Shown here piece after piece: positions 42,603 through 52,300 of a stretch of DNA of 64,000 nt. Positions within the stretch are counted from its first letter, which is position 1. Every line of letters begins with the position of its first letter. A model generated the notes under the pieces. It saw only the letters and a list, made by a program, of their open reading frames with translations, was not told the origin of the DNA and did no database searches. The position numbers and the translations under genes are program-made. Source of the DNA: Prasinococcaceae sp. CCMP 1430 (Eukaryota > Plantae > Prasinodermophyta); assembly GCA_013416795.1 (NCBI GenBank), contig RQSC01000014.1, positions 486,768 to 550,767 of the forward strand. Direction: 5' to 3'.

Positions 42603-45600
42603 TCAGTCGGCGACGCCGAACGCTGAGAGCACCGCCTCGAATGCCGCGCTGGCACGCGCCATCGCCAGCATGCGCTCGCGGAGGTCCTTCTTGCGCTGGG
42701 GTTTCTCTGCGGCGAGTTTTTCCTTCCCGATCGTCGCGGCCGCTGCAACCTGCTCCATTGGCGTCATGGTTTCGAAGCGCGGCTTGCGCGGACGGCCCGG
42801 CCCGCGCCTCCTGGGCTCCCCGGCGGCGCCACCACCTTCGCCCGCGGCGATGATGTCGGCCTTCGTCGCGTACTGCGCTGCGTGCACGCCGGTGAGTGCC
42901 ATCACCTTGGACACCGGGACCAACCCGCACAGCTGCTGCTGTGGCATGTCTTCCCTGCGCTGGCGCTTGCCGCCGCGCCCGTTGGCGTCTGCGGCGCGCG
43001 CGCGCCCCCCAGCGCGCTCACGCTTGCGCTGTGCCTGTGCCTCCATGTACGCCTCCTCCTCCTCAGGCCGCACGATGTCCCACACCTCCTCGTCGGCGCT
43101 GTGCGATCGCACGCACTGCACGGCGCGGACGACAGAGCATCGCGCCGCGGACACGTCGATCTCGCGCGCTTGCCCCTCCGGCACCACCTGCCAGCGCGGG
43201 CGCCCCAGGCGCTCCTTAGCCGTGCGTGCCTCGCGATCCGTGAAGACGCCCACGTCGTGCACCGGCAGCAGATGCACCCACTGCATGTCGGGGATGTAGT
43301 GGTAGACGAAGTAGTACTTGTGCGCGTAGCACGGCGGGAGGCCCTCCACCTCGACAACCTTGTTGTACAAGTTGGTCGCGCGCTTCCCACGCACCAGACG
43401 GCCGTTCTGACCACGCACCGCGAGTTTGGCAGCGGGGGACGAGTGCGTGATGCCCTCGTTGTCGCGCTCTGCCATCCGCGCCGTCGCGGCGGCCACCTCG
43501 TTGGGCTTGCACGCCACGGGCTCCGGATGTGCCTTGACGTGCTTGGCCGTCAATTCGTCGAGCACGTCCTGCCGCACCTTTCCGTCGGCGTCCAGCCCAT
43601 CGGCGCCACGCAGCGCCATGGCTGGGCGCGCCGCCCGCACGAGGCGTTTACGAAGAGCCGCGAGCGCTGGCGTTACCTGCGCAGTGCCCTTCGCTGGCGT
43701 CTTCTTTCGCGATCCAGACCTGGTGGTCTTCCTCTTGGACGTTCCCGGCGTGGCCGCTGCCGAGGCGAGCGTCTCGTCCGCAGCCTGTTGGCGTGCCTGC
43801 TGGTCCGAATCCTGCTGCTGCTGCTGCTGCTCCTTGCCGCCGCCCGCCGAGCCGAACATGTGGTCGTCCTCAGCCAGCTCGTCGGCGTGCTCGACGCGCG
43901 AGTCGCGCACTGCGGCCGCAGCGTCGTCGGCGTCCTCATATATGCCGAGGTAATAGTTGTGCCCCTCGGCGGTTGAGTGTTTCGCGGCGAAGCGACGCCC
44001 GCGAGGCACCACGCCGTCGCCCGGGGCACTTGCCACGCATGCGTCGCGAGACGCAACGCCGCTCTCAGCCGCAAGCTGCTCATCGCTCGGTTTGGCCAGG
44101 CGCATCACCATCATGATTGAGGGAAACTGATCCTCTACCAGCTGGTCGGGGAACGTCCAGTGGCAATAGCCGAGCACGTCAGGATCCCTGTACGCTTCAG
44201 CGACGTACGCCGGGTGGTCCATGATCGGCGCCTTGACGCCGCTGTGCGCGGGCTCATCCTGATCGGGCGGCGTGCCGGTCGTGTTGTCGCTGTCATCCTC
44301 ACGCGTGCCGCGGCGCACAAACTGCGGCAGCGCTTTCTGCCACCGCGCCAGGATGGCCTTGCCCTGCTCGAGCATGAGCGCTGCTGACTGGTGATACACG
44401 CTGTCTTCAGGATTGTATTCCATGGCATTCTTGCAAATCGTGGCGAAGTCGGCCTCGAATTGGCCGAAGGACTCGTACCGGCCCGTCTGCACAAACGCCA
44501 GCATGTCGAGGAAGGCCAGCGGGCGCTTGATGCGCTTCGCGTAGTCCCAGAGCTCGTCGGTGTCCACGGGCGACTGGAAGACGCCGTGCTCGTCGAGCGC
44601 GCGCAGCTGCTTGAGGCAGTCGCGAAGCGACTTGTGAAGCCAGTACATGCGCGGCGCCCAGATCGCGCCCGAGGACTCGCGCACCACCTTGAGGCGGGCG
44701 GGCGGCTTGATGGTCGGTTTGGCCGTGCTCGGGTGCGCACGGACGGCCACACCCGGAATGTGCACCACATCCTCGCCGGCAGTTTCCTTGCGCGCTTCAA
44801 TCTCGGCCACGGGTCTGTAGCAGGCCATGCCGCCGCAGCGGCGGAATCCCATGGACTCGTAGAACGGCACCGACGAGTCCGTGGCCTGCAGGCAGACGTA
44901 CTCGTACTCGCTCTCGGCCGCCAGCTCGTCGAGCGTCGCCTGCAGCACCGCGCGCCCACAGCCAAGGCCGCCGAGCAGCGAAATCTCCGCCACCTTGCGC
45001 CAGATGACGCCCTCCTCGTCAGGGTCGCCGAAGCGGGGCGTCTGTTCCAGCTCGGCAGCCAACACGCCGCTGGCATCGCACTTGCGGTGGCGCCAGTCGT
45101 CGCGCGTGATGCCGCTGAGCGCGCAGGCGCTGTCCCAACGGAACCACGGCTGCCAGGTCGTGAACGTCGTCACCGTCACGAAGCCCTGCAGCCAACCCTG
45201 CGCCCGCGTTCTGACCGCGTAACCGAACATCGGGTCGTCGGTGTCGATGCGGTCGAGGATGAACTCCAGCAGCAACGGCTTGGCCTCCTGCCCACCGGCC
45301 GACCGCTTTCTGTCCGAGTCCTCCGCATCGGCCTGCCTCTTCTCGTCCTCGAGGTCCTTGAGGCGCAGCTTCGCGTCGAGGGCGTCCTGCGTGTACACGT
45401 CATCGCCGGTGTCGCTCTTTTGCGTGCCCGCAACGACGATCGCCTCCTGCTCCTCGACCGCTGCGCGCCAGATCTGCTCGCGCGCGCGCTTCGCCGCACG
45501 TTCGGCGTCGCGCTCCTTGCGTTGCCGCCGCCACGCTGCCTCGTTGCACAGCTGCAGTATCTCGGCGAGCATGGCCTTCCACTCGCTGCGCTCGGTGACG

Positions 45601-45812
45601 CGTACGGCCACCGAGCCCTCCAGCGGCGCCTCGCCTCCACGCGCGCTCCCCCTGGCGGCGGGTACGAGCTCGAAATCGTACGGCGCGTCCGCGACGCGCC
45701 CGCACAGCCGCCTGCGCGAGCTCAGCTCGAGGTCGCGCTGCGTTAGCTCGAGCGCCCCCTCGTCGGCCGCCCCGCCTCCGTCGGCGGGCTGCGCGTCCTT
45801 GTCGGCACCCAT
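42603..45812 (-). CDS. Multidomain chromatin protein: GNAT acetyltransferase-like domain, bromodomain, uncharacterised beta-rich C-terminal domain, AT-hook
   Basis: EISLLGGLGCGRAVL...YVCLQATDSSVPFYESMGFRR (GNAT motifs A/B); FQSPVD...DYAKRIKRPL...FATICKNAMEYNPEDSVYH (bromodomain with YN); RRRGPGRPRK (AT-hook); ATG at 45812. Confidence 0.8.
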   Translation of the reverse strand: MGADKDAQPADGGGAADEGALELTQRDLELSSRRRLCGRVADAPYDFELVPAARGSARGGEAPLEGSVAVRVTERSEWKAMLAEILQLCNEAAWRRQRKERDAERAAKRAREQIWRAAVEEQEAIVVAGTQKSDTGDDVYTQDALDAKLRLKDLEDEKRQADAEDSDRKRSAGGQEAKPLLLEFILDRIDTDDPMFGYAVRTRAQGWLQGFVTVTTFTTWQPWFRWDSACALSGITRDDWRHRKCDASGVLAAELEQTPRFGDPDEEGVIWRKVAEISLLGGLGCGRAVLQATLDELAAESEYEYVCLQATDSSVPFYESMGFRRCGGMACYRPVAEIEARKETAGEDVVHIPGVAVRAHPSTAKPTIKPPARLKVVRESSGAIWAPRMYWLHKSLRDCLKQLRALDEHGVFQSPVDTDELWDYAKRIKRPLAFLDMLAFVQTGRYESFGQFEADFATICKNAMEYNPEDSVYHQSAALMLEQGKAILARWQKALPQFVRRGTREDDSDNTTGTPPDQDEPAHSGVKAPIMDHPAYVAEAYRDPDVLGYCHWTFPDQLVEDQFPSIMMVMRLAKPSDEQLAAESGVASRDACVASAPGDGVVPRGRRFAAKHSTAEGHNYYLGIYEDADDAAAAVRDSRVEHADELAEDDHMFGSAGGGKEQQQQQQDSDQQARQQAADETLASAAATPGTSKRKTTRSGSRKKTPAKGTAQVTPALAALRKRLVRAARPAMALRGADGLDADGKVRQDVLDELTAKHVKAHPEPVACKPNEVAAATARMAERDNEGITHSSPAAKLAVRGQNGRLVRGKRATNLYNKVVEVEGLPPCYAHKYYFVYHYIPDMQWVHLLPVHDVGVFTDREARTAKERLGRPRWQVVPEGQAREIDVSAARCSVVRAVQCVRSHSADEEVWDIVRPEEEEAYMEAQAQRKRERAGGRARAADANGRGGKRQRREDMPQQQLCGLVPVSKVMALTGVHAAQYATKADIIAAGEGGGAAGEPRRRGPGRPRKPRFETMTPMEQVAAAATIGKEKLAAEKPQRKKDLRERMLAMARASAAFEAVLSAFGVAD

Positions 45813-46040
45813 GATCGCAGCAGCAGCAGCAGCACCGGCAGTGGCAGGACGAGGAGAAGGACGTGCAGGAGCAGGAGCAGGCCCCTAATGCCCTGTCACG
45901 CGGCCGCTCGCCCACCGCCGCCGCTTCCGCCGACTGCGAACGCCGTCGCACACAGGCTCGCCCGCGTGGGCCTGCGCCCTCCCTCCCTCTGGCCCGCGCG
46001 CGCGCCCTTCGCTTCGCGGCGCGCGCGCTCGCCGCCGCGG

Positions 46041-46456
46041 NNNNNNNNNNNNNNNNNNNNNNNNNNNNNNNNNNNNNNNNNNNNNNNNNNNNNNNNNNNN
46101 NNNNNNNNNNNNNNNNNNNNNNNNNNNNNNNNNNNNNNNNNNNNNNNNNNNNNNNNNNNNNNNNNNNNNNNNNNNNNNNNNNNNNNNNNNNNNNNNNNNN
46201 NNNNNNNNNNNNNNNNNNNNNNNNNNNNNNNNNNNNNNNNNNNNNNNNNNNNNNNNNNNNNNNNNNNNNNNNNNNNNNNNNNNNNNNNNNNNNNNNNNNN
46301 NNNNNNNNNNNNNNNNNNNNNNNNNNNNNNNNNNNNNNNNNNNNNNNNNNNNNNNNNNNNNNNNNNNNNNNNNNNNNNNNNNNNNNNNNNNNNNNNNNNN
46401 NNNNNNNNNNNNNNNNNNNNNNNNNNNNNNNNNNNNNNNNNNNNNNNNNNNNNNNN
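46041..46456. other. Assembly gap (N run)
   Basis: 416 consecutive N between divergent genes. Confidence 1.
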
Positions 46457-46667
46457 GCGCGAACCCGGGTGTGGCGCGGGGCTCGCGGCGCCCAGACCGC
46501 GCCGGGGCGCGCGCATCCCCCCCCCCCACACACACACACACCCCCACCACGCCTGCCTCCTTGCCGGGCCCACACCGCGCTCGCCCAGCGGGGCGGGTGG
46601 GTGGGGTGGGGTGGAGTGGGGGGGGTGTAGAGGTGCTGGGGTGAGTGCTGGGAGGGAGGGGGAGGCG

Positions 46668-49304
46668 ATGCGGCGGCGGGGGACGCCGCCCGCCCGCGCT
46701 CTCCTCGCGCGGCTTCGGGCGTTCGCCCTGGCCTCGGCGCTCACGCTGGCGCTCGCGCGGTGCGCCGGGGGGCTCTCGCTGCCGACGGTGCTGCCGAGCC
46801 GCAGCGGCGTCACGCCCGTGCTCTTCAAGGCCGAGCGCGGCGCGCCAGGCGCGAACGTCGAGGGCGTGTCCGGCGGAGCGAGCGGGGGGGGCGGAGCGGG
46901 GGACGGGGCGCGAGCTCGACGAGGCGGCGAAGGGGCGGGCGATGCGGTCGACCTGGGGCCAGTTGCGTTCGCAGGCAGGGGGGCGCGCTCGGTGCTGGCC
47001 TACGGCCACGCGGCAATCACGCGCAGGTGGGGTGCAGGCGCGGGCGGAGTGGACGGGGCGGGCGCAGCGCCGGCTCGCGAGCGCGTCCTCGTAGCGTGGA
47101 TGTGTGGGGAGGGATACATTCCCCGCTGCGATGCGCGTTGGCGCCGCGCCGCGCGAAGCGCGCTCGCCGACGACGCGGCGGTGCTCGGTACGCTCGCCGA
47201 CCAATTCGCGCTGGAAACGCTGTTTATCGCGGGGGCGCCGCCGCCAGGCGCGGCGGCGCGAGCTGCGCTCGCCGCGGAGCGCGATGCGCACGGCGACGTG
47301 CTCACAGTGTCGGCTCCCGTGGCCGGCGCCGGCGTGGACCGCCCCGCTGCCCGTGTCGCCTCGCTCGTCACGTACATCACACGCTTCTGGCCCGCGCGGC
47401 ACGCATTCGTCGTCAAGGCCGACTGCGGCGTGCTCGTCCGGCCGGCGCCCCTGCTCAAGGCGGCCCGTGACGCGGCGCGCGCGGCTGGCAGTGGCGCGCG
47501 CTTGCTAGCAGCGAAATGCATGGAGCCCGTGCGTCGTGGCTCCGACGTGGTGCTCGCGGACAGCGCGTGCTATGCGGCGCTGGGCGCGCAGGCGTACATG
47601 CCCGGCAAAGAGGCCCGCGGCACGAGCAGGGGCAAGACAAAGCGCGTCGCCGCGTCGCCGAAGCGCGACTCGTGGGCTGTTTCGCTGCTCAGTTCGTCAG
47701 CGCCCCCGGCAGTCGAGGAGGTGATTGCGGCGGCGGCGGCGAACGGCACAGGCCGGAAGGCTCGATTCGCCGGCGTCGACCCCTCGGCGTACATGCTCGG
47801 CTCCGAACTCGTTCGCGTGCTCGCGGAGGCCGTCGCCCCGCGGCACGTCGGCACCTCCGAGGTGGCTTCGACGCCCCTCCCAGAGGTTCTCGCGCGCAGC
47901 GAGGCAGCGCTCCTCGCGCATGTGCTGCCCGATGCCGTGAGTCCGCGCGCTATGTTGCGCGGATGCGCGGGACCGCGCTGCATGCCCGAGCAGACGCAGT
48001 GGTGCTCCGCCAGCGACGGCTCCGCGGACAGCCTGGCATTCGTGAGCGAGCTGGGTGCGCATGCCCTCGATGGGGTGGCGCGTGCCGTGCGCTCGCTGGG
48101 CAAACTGTGCTTTCAAGAGTGCTACGCGGCGGCCAATGAGCTCGCGCGCGGCGCGCAGGCGGTGCGCGCGCTGCTCGCAAGCCGGACGCCCATTCTTCCA
48201 GGCACAGCGTCCGCTATCATGCCGGCCGCAGGCGGACCCAATGAGGCTGATGATGGCGGTGCGCTCTCGGTGGCAGCGGCCGTGGCCGCCGCGTGTGGAC
48301 CCATTCGTGCTCCAGGTGAGGGTGTGTCAGAGCTGGCGCTGAATGCGGCGAGCGCTTCCGCGGAAGGGAGTGGACGCGACATCCCCGCGCTGCTCATTTC
48401 GCTCGACGGCGAACGCTCATCTGGCGCGGAGGCACGCCTGCTCGCACGCCACGGAAAAGTGTTGCGTGTACCGGCTTTGGACGCGCGCGATGCTGCGGCG
48501 GCGGAGCTGGACGCCGCGGCTGCAGGTGCCTCGGCGCTCGTGTCGCTCGGTGTGAACAGCGCTGGCGAAGTTGGTTGCACCGTGAGCCACCTGCGCGCGG
48601 CAGCAATGGTCGTGGCTCTTGATCTTCCTGTCGCCCTGGTCGCGGAAGATGATGCGAGCTTTGAGCTCATCGATGGGAGCTTTGGAGGTGCCGTCGTACC
48701 CGATCTCGCCGAGCTGCCGGCAGATTTTGCCGTGCTGCAGCTTCTCGTCCACGCCTCGTGCGCGGAGCTAGTCGCTCTCCACTCCGCGTGGCTCGAAGCC
48801 GGCAGGCCGAATGCCATGGAGCACGCGCGCGACTCCCACCACAGCACGGGTGCCTACCTGCTTTCGCAGCGAGGCGCACGAGACATTGTGTCAAGGTTCA
48901 CGCGTGGCGGCGAGGAAACCGTGCGCGCACTGATGGAGTGGGGGCGGGAGGGGGGCGTTAGCGCCCACGAGAGCGGGCTCAGTGTATCGGGCGACGCCCG
49001 CGCGTTGGCGCGGCTCTCCCGCACTGTTGTCGAGCTTCCGTATGACCTGGCGCTCGGGAGGTGCGCCTCGTGCGGCGGCTGCGCGACCGCCGATCGCTGT
49101 GTTGTATACTCGGCCGAGCACCATACCGGGGGCGTGTATGTGGCAACACCGCCTCGTATGGTAGACACGCTCGCTGTTGGCGACAGCGGCTCAATCCATG
49201 CCAAGAATAAGGCGTATCATCTCGCGAGCAGGGATTTCGTGCTCGCGTGGGCGAGCGCCGCTATGCAGTGTGATGCACTCGAAGCTGCCGCGGGGACGAC
49301 CTAG
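46668..49304 (+). CDS. Type II membrane glycosyltransferase with GT31-like and GT25-like domains
   Basis: Basic N-terminus plus hydrophobic anchor (MRRRG...AFALASALTLALA); LAAERDAHGDVL, FVVKAD (GT31-like); LLISLD...LRVPALD...GEVGCTVSHL...ALVAEDDASF...GAYLLSQRGA (GT25). Confidence 0.72.
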   Translation: MRRRGTPPARALLARLRAFALASALTLALARCAGGLSLPTVLPSRSGVTPVLFKAERGAPGANVEGVSGGASGGGGAGDGARARRGGEGAGDAVDLGPVAFAGRGARSVLAYGHAAITRRWGAGAGGVDGAGAAPARERVLVAWMCGEGYIPRCDARWRRAARSALADDAAVLGTLADQFALETLFIAGAPPPGAAARAALAAERDAHGDVLTVSAPVAGAGVDRPAARVASLVTYITRFWPARHAFVVKADCGVLVRPAPLLKAARDAARAAGSGARLLAAKCMEPVRRGSDVVLADSACYAALGAQAYMPGKEARGTSRGKTKRVAASPKRDSWAVSLLSSSAPPAVEEVIAAAAANGTGRKARFAGVDPSAYMLGSELVRVLAEAVAPRHVGTSEVASTPLPEVLARSEAALLAHVLPDAVSPRAMLRGCAGPRCMPEQTQWCSASDGSADSLAFVSELGAHALDGVARAVRSLGKLCFQECYAAANELARGAQAVRALLASRTPILPGTASAIMPAAGGPNEADDGGALSVAAAVAAACGPIRAPGEGVSELALNAASASAEGSGRDIPALLISLDGERSSGAEARLLARHGKVLRVPALDARDAAAAELDAAAAGASALVSLGVNSAGEVGCTVSHLRAAAMVVALDLPVALVAEDDASFELIDGSFGGAVVPDLAELPADFAVLQLLVHASCAELVALHSAWLEAGRPNAMEHARDSHHSTGAYLLSQRGARDIVSRFTRGGEETVRALMEWGREGGVSAHESGLSVSGDARALARLSRTVVELPYDLALGRCASCGGCATADRCVVYSAEHHTGGVYVATPPRMVDTLAVGDSGSIHAKNKAYHLASRDFVLAWASAAMQCDALEAAAGTT

Positions 49305-49357
49305 AGACGGCGGCGCGACCACCATGCGCCAATGCCACATTAATACAACAAGGTACT

Positions 49358-52300
49358 CTACACTTTTGCCCCGGCGTGCTGCGCCTCGGCAATGTGCGCC
49401 GTGGTTGCTGCCGCCGAGAGTCGCGTGGCCACGCTGAGCAGCCTTGGCAGCAGAGCGGTGAGCTGCCTGCCACGTTTGACGCCATTCTCATTTTCTGCTA
49501 GGACCACGGAGGCGGCAGCCTCCACGGCCGCAACTGCCTTCTCAAGCTCCTCTGTCGCGCCGAGCGATGTGGTGACGGTCGTCGTGCACATCCGCGCAGG
49601 GCCCGACGGAGGGGCCTTCGAAGCGCGTCCAGGCACGGGCGGCAGCTGATCTTGTGCCATCTTTGCACGCTTTTGGCGTTTCCCCTGGCGTTCCCTCGAA
49701 CCCTCAGGGGCGAGAGCGGCTGCAAGCATCGCTGAGCCGCGCTTGGCCCCAGGCGCGCGCGCGACCACCCGCTTGGATGCCGCAGGTGCCTGGGCTTGCT
49801 GCGGCGTCGGCGCTTCCATGTCCTCATCTAAACGCGCAAGGGCCTCGGCCTTGGTGCCTTCTGCGGCGGGTCTGGAGCTCCGAGGTGCTAGATCCACGCT
49901 GCAGCACGCGCCTTCATTGGCTTCCCGTTGCGGCTCCTCGTTCTCGGCGTCCAGCGGCGCACCCAAGTCAGCCATTGCAGCGAGCGTCGGCTCCATGCAC
50001 ATGGACGAGGGGCCGACGCTCGAGGGGGCACACGCACTGGAGTCTCTTGTGGGGTTGTCGTTGGGAGCGCGTGCCGAGTCAAGAATAGAGCGAGGAACGG
50101 AGACAGCGACAGGAGCTTCCGCGGGAGCTGTTTCGTCGGGGTTCGCGCCCGCTGGCACCAATGCTACGGCCGCTGCCACCTCGGGCACTGCCGCTGCGGG
50201 CGCTGCCATGTCGGGCACCACCACCGCGGGGGTGGCAACCACAGGTGGCAACACCTGGGCAGCCACCTCAGCAGCGGTTTCGGGCGCCTTAGCGGCACCG
50301 CCCGCGTGCGCGACTGCCTGCGGCACTGCAGCGGAGCCCGAACCCGCCCCAGCCTGCGATGGCGTGCTATTCGGCACCTGCTGCGTTGCAAAGACGTCGC
50401 TACTCGAGATGATGGGGGCCTGTGCGCACGTATTCTTCTCTGCACTTGAGCCAATGCGGGGAGTGCCGTCCTCCTGGGCCGTGCCAGCGCCGGCAATTGG
50501 CCTCGTGGGAGCGATCGTCGCATTTCTGGCCGTTGGCTCGTGCCCATCCAGGTCCACCGCGGCGTCCCAACGGCCGGCGGCTCTGTCGGCGCCGTCATCG
50601 CCGGCGCACGCGTCTGCATCAGCACGGGCGTCGATAACCCCCGCAACCGCCTCCTCTTCGTGCGCGCCGTCCTTGTGGCTCCCGTTCAGCTCTGGCAATG
50701 GAGTCGCGTCTGTCGCGTCGGTCCCAGGCTCGGTGCTGCCCATCGTGTCGGCATCAAGAAAACCAACTCGCTCGCCAGCGCCGCCGGTGAATGCCAAACG
50801 CCGGGGCTTCGAAGGCACCGGTGTTCGGTGAGGGTTGGCGTCGGCGCGCTCCGGCGCTGGCGCCATCCACGGCGACCTGGGGCCCCCATCTACCGTGGTG
50901 CGCCCGAGTCCCAAAGGGCGCGCCGGGCTCACAGGCGCCCCAATGCCGCCAACGAGAGAACGCAGCTCCTTGGACAAGCCTTGAGCCCGATCCAGCGCCA
51001 ACTTGCAGAACGCACGCACGGGCTGGGGTGCAATCTCCTGTACGGCATGCGCCCGCAGCAGAGGCGCCACCTGGGCAACAAACTCGCACATCCCTTCCGA
51101 CGTCTGCTGATGCAGTTGCGAGACGCTTTCGAACAACGCAATGACGGCCTGCTCGAGTGCGGCCACGATCTTGGCTTGCAGGTTGCACGAGAGGTTGATC
51201 CAATGTGTCAACCCACGCGCCACCTCACCAGCCACCAAGTTGAGCGAACGCTCGGTGCGGCAGTTGCGAACCAGGTATTTGCTGGCGACGAGCAGAGAGG
51301 GCACGGCCATTGGCACGGACCTCGAATCGGCTGCAAGGAGCGGCGCCGCAGAAGCGTCGAGCAGCTCCGATACGACGCGAGCGATGTGAAAGCGCGAGCT
51401 GTGTGCGACATTGTGCTGTGGCGGGTTCGCGTCCACGCCTTTGCCATCCCTCCGGGAATGGCCTCGTGGGCCGCGCAGCGGGCTCTGGTTCAGCGGCGTC
51501 GTGGGGCCGTCGTCGAGATCGGGCGTGGTGGCCAGGCGCGCAACAGCATCGGCGAGCGCATTGAGGACGCCATCCCCTCTCCATGCCAACGCCAGCGTCT
51601 CAATGTTTCCGTCGATGCCCTCGCAAGCGAGCGTAGCCTCGGCAGAGACACGCGAAAGCCGCTCACACAGCGCAGCACGCGCAGTGTGCAGCAACGGCGC
51701 AGGAATCACGCCAGTGGCGCGAACAGTGGCGACAGCCATCTCGAGCCAAGTTGCCATCAGACTCTCGCCTCTGTCGCCTGCCAAGGTCTCCGGCTTCTTT
51801 CTGTACACCGCGTGCTCAAACGGCCACGACAAGACGTCCACAAGGCCGGGGAAGAGCGTGGCGTGCGCCTCGTCATGACTGCCAAGGCGCGCAGCGGCGA
51901 GGTCGTCGGCCGTGCTCTCTAACTCGGCCCCAACGCGCTGGGCCAAGGCTATCCACGCCGGGATGCACACGCTGACATCCGCTGCTTCGGTGAGCCCGAC
52001 ACACAGCGCGCTCAGCTGGCGCTCGCGAAAGGTGCCTTCGCTGAAGCGTGCCCGTACCGAGGAGAACGCCTCAACGCACACGTCTTTGTGGTCGCTGTGA
52101 CCCTGACGCACCCACCAGCGCGGACTCGGCGCCCGAACTTCGGCGCTCCAGAGGGCCATCAGTGTCTCCAGTATAGGCCGCGCCTCCTCGCAGTCGCCGT
52201 GCGTCGTGCGCGCCATTACATCTAGCGCACCGCGAGCGAGCGCTGGCTCGAGACCAAGTAGAAGCTCGCTCACGAGGTAGGGCCCACCGGCTGCTGCACC

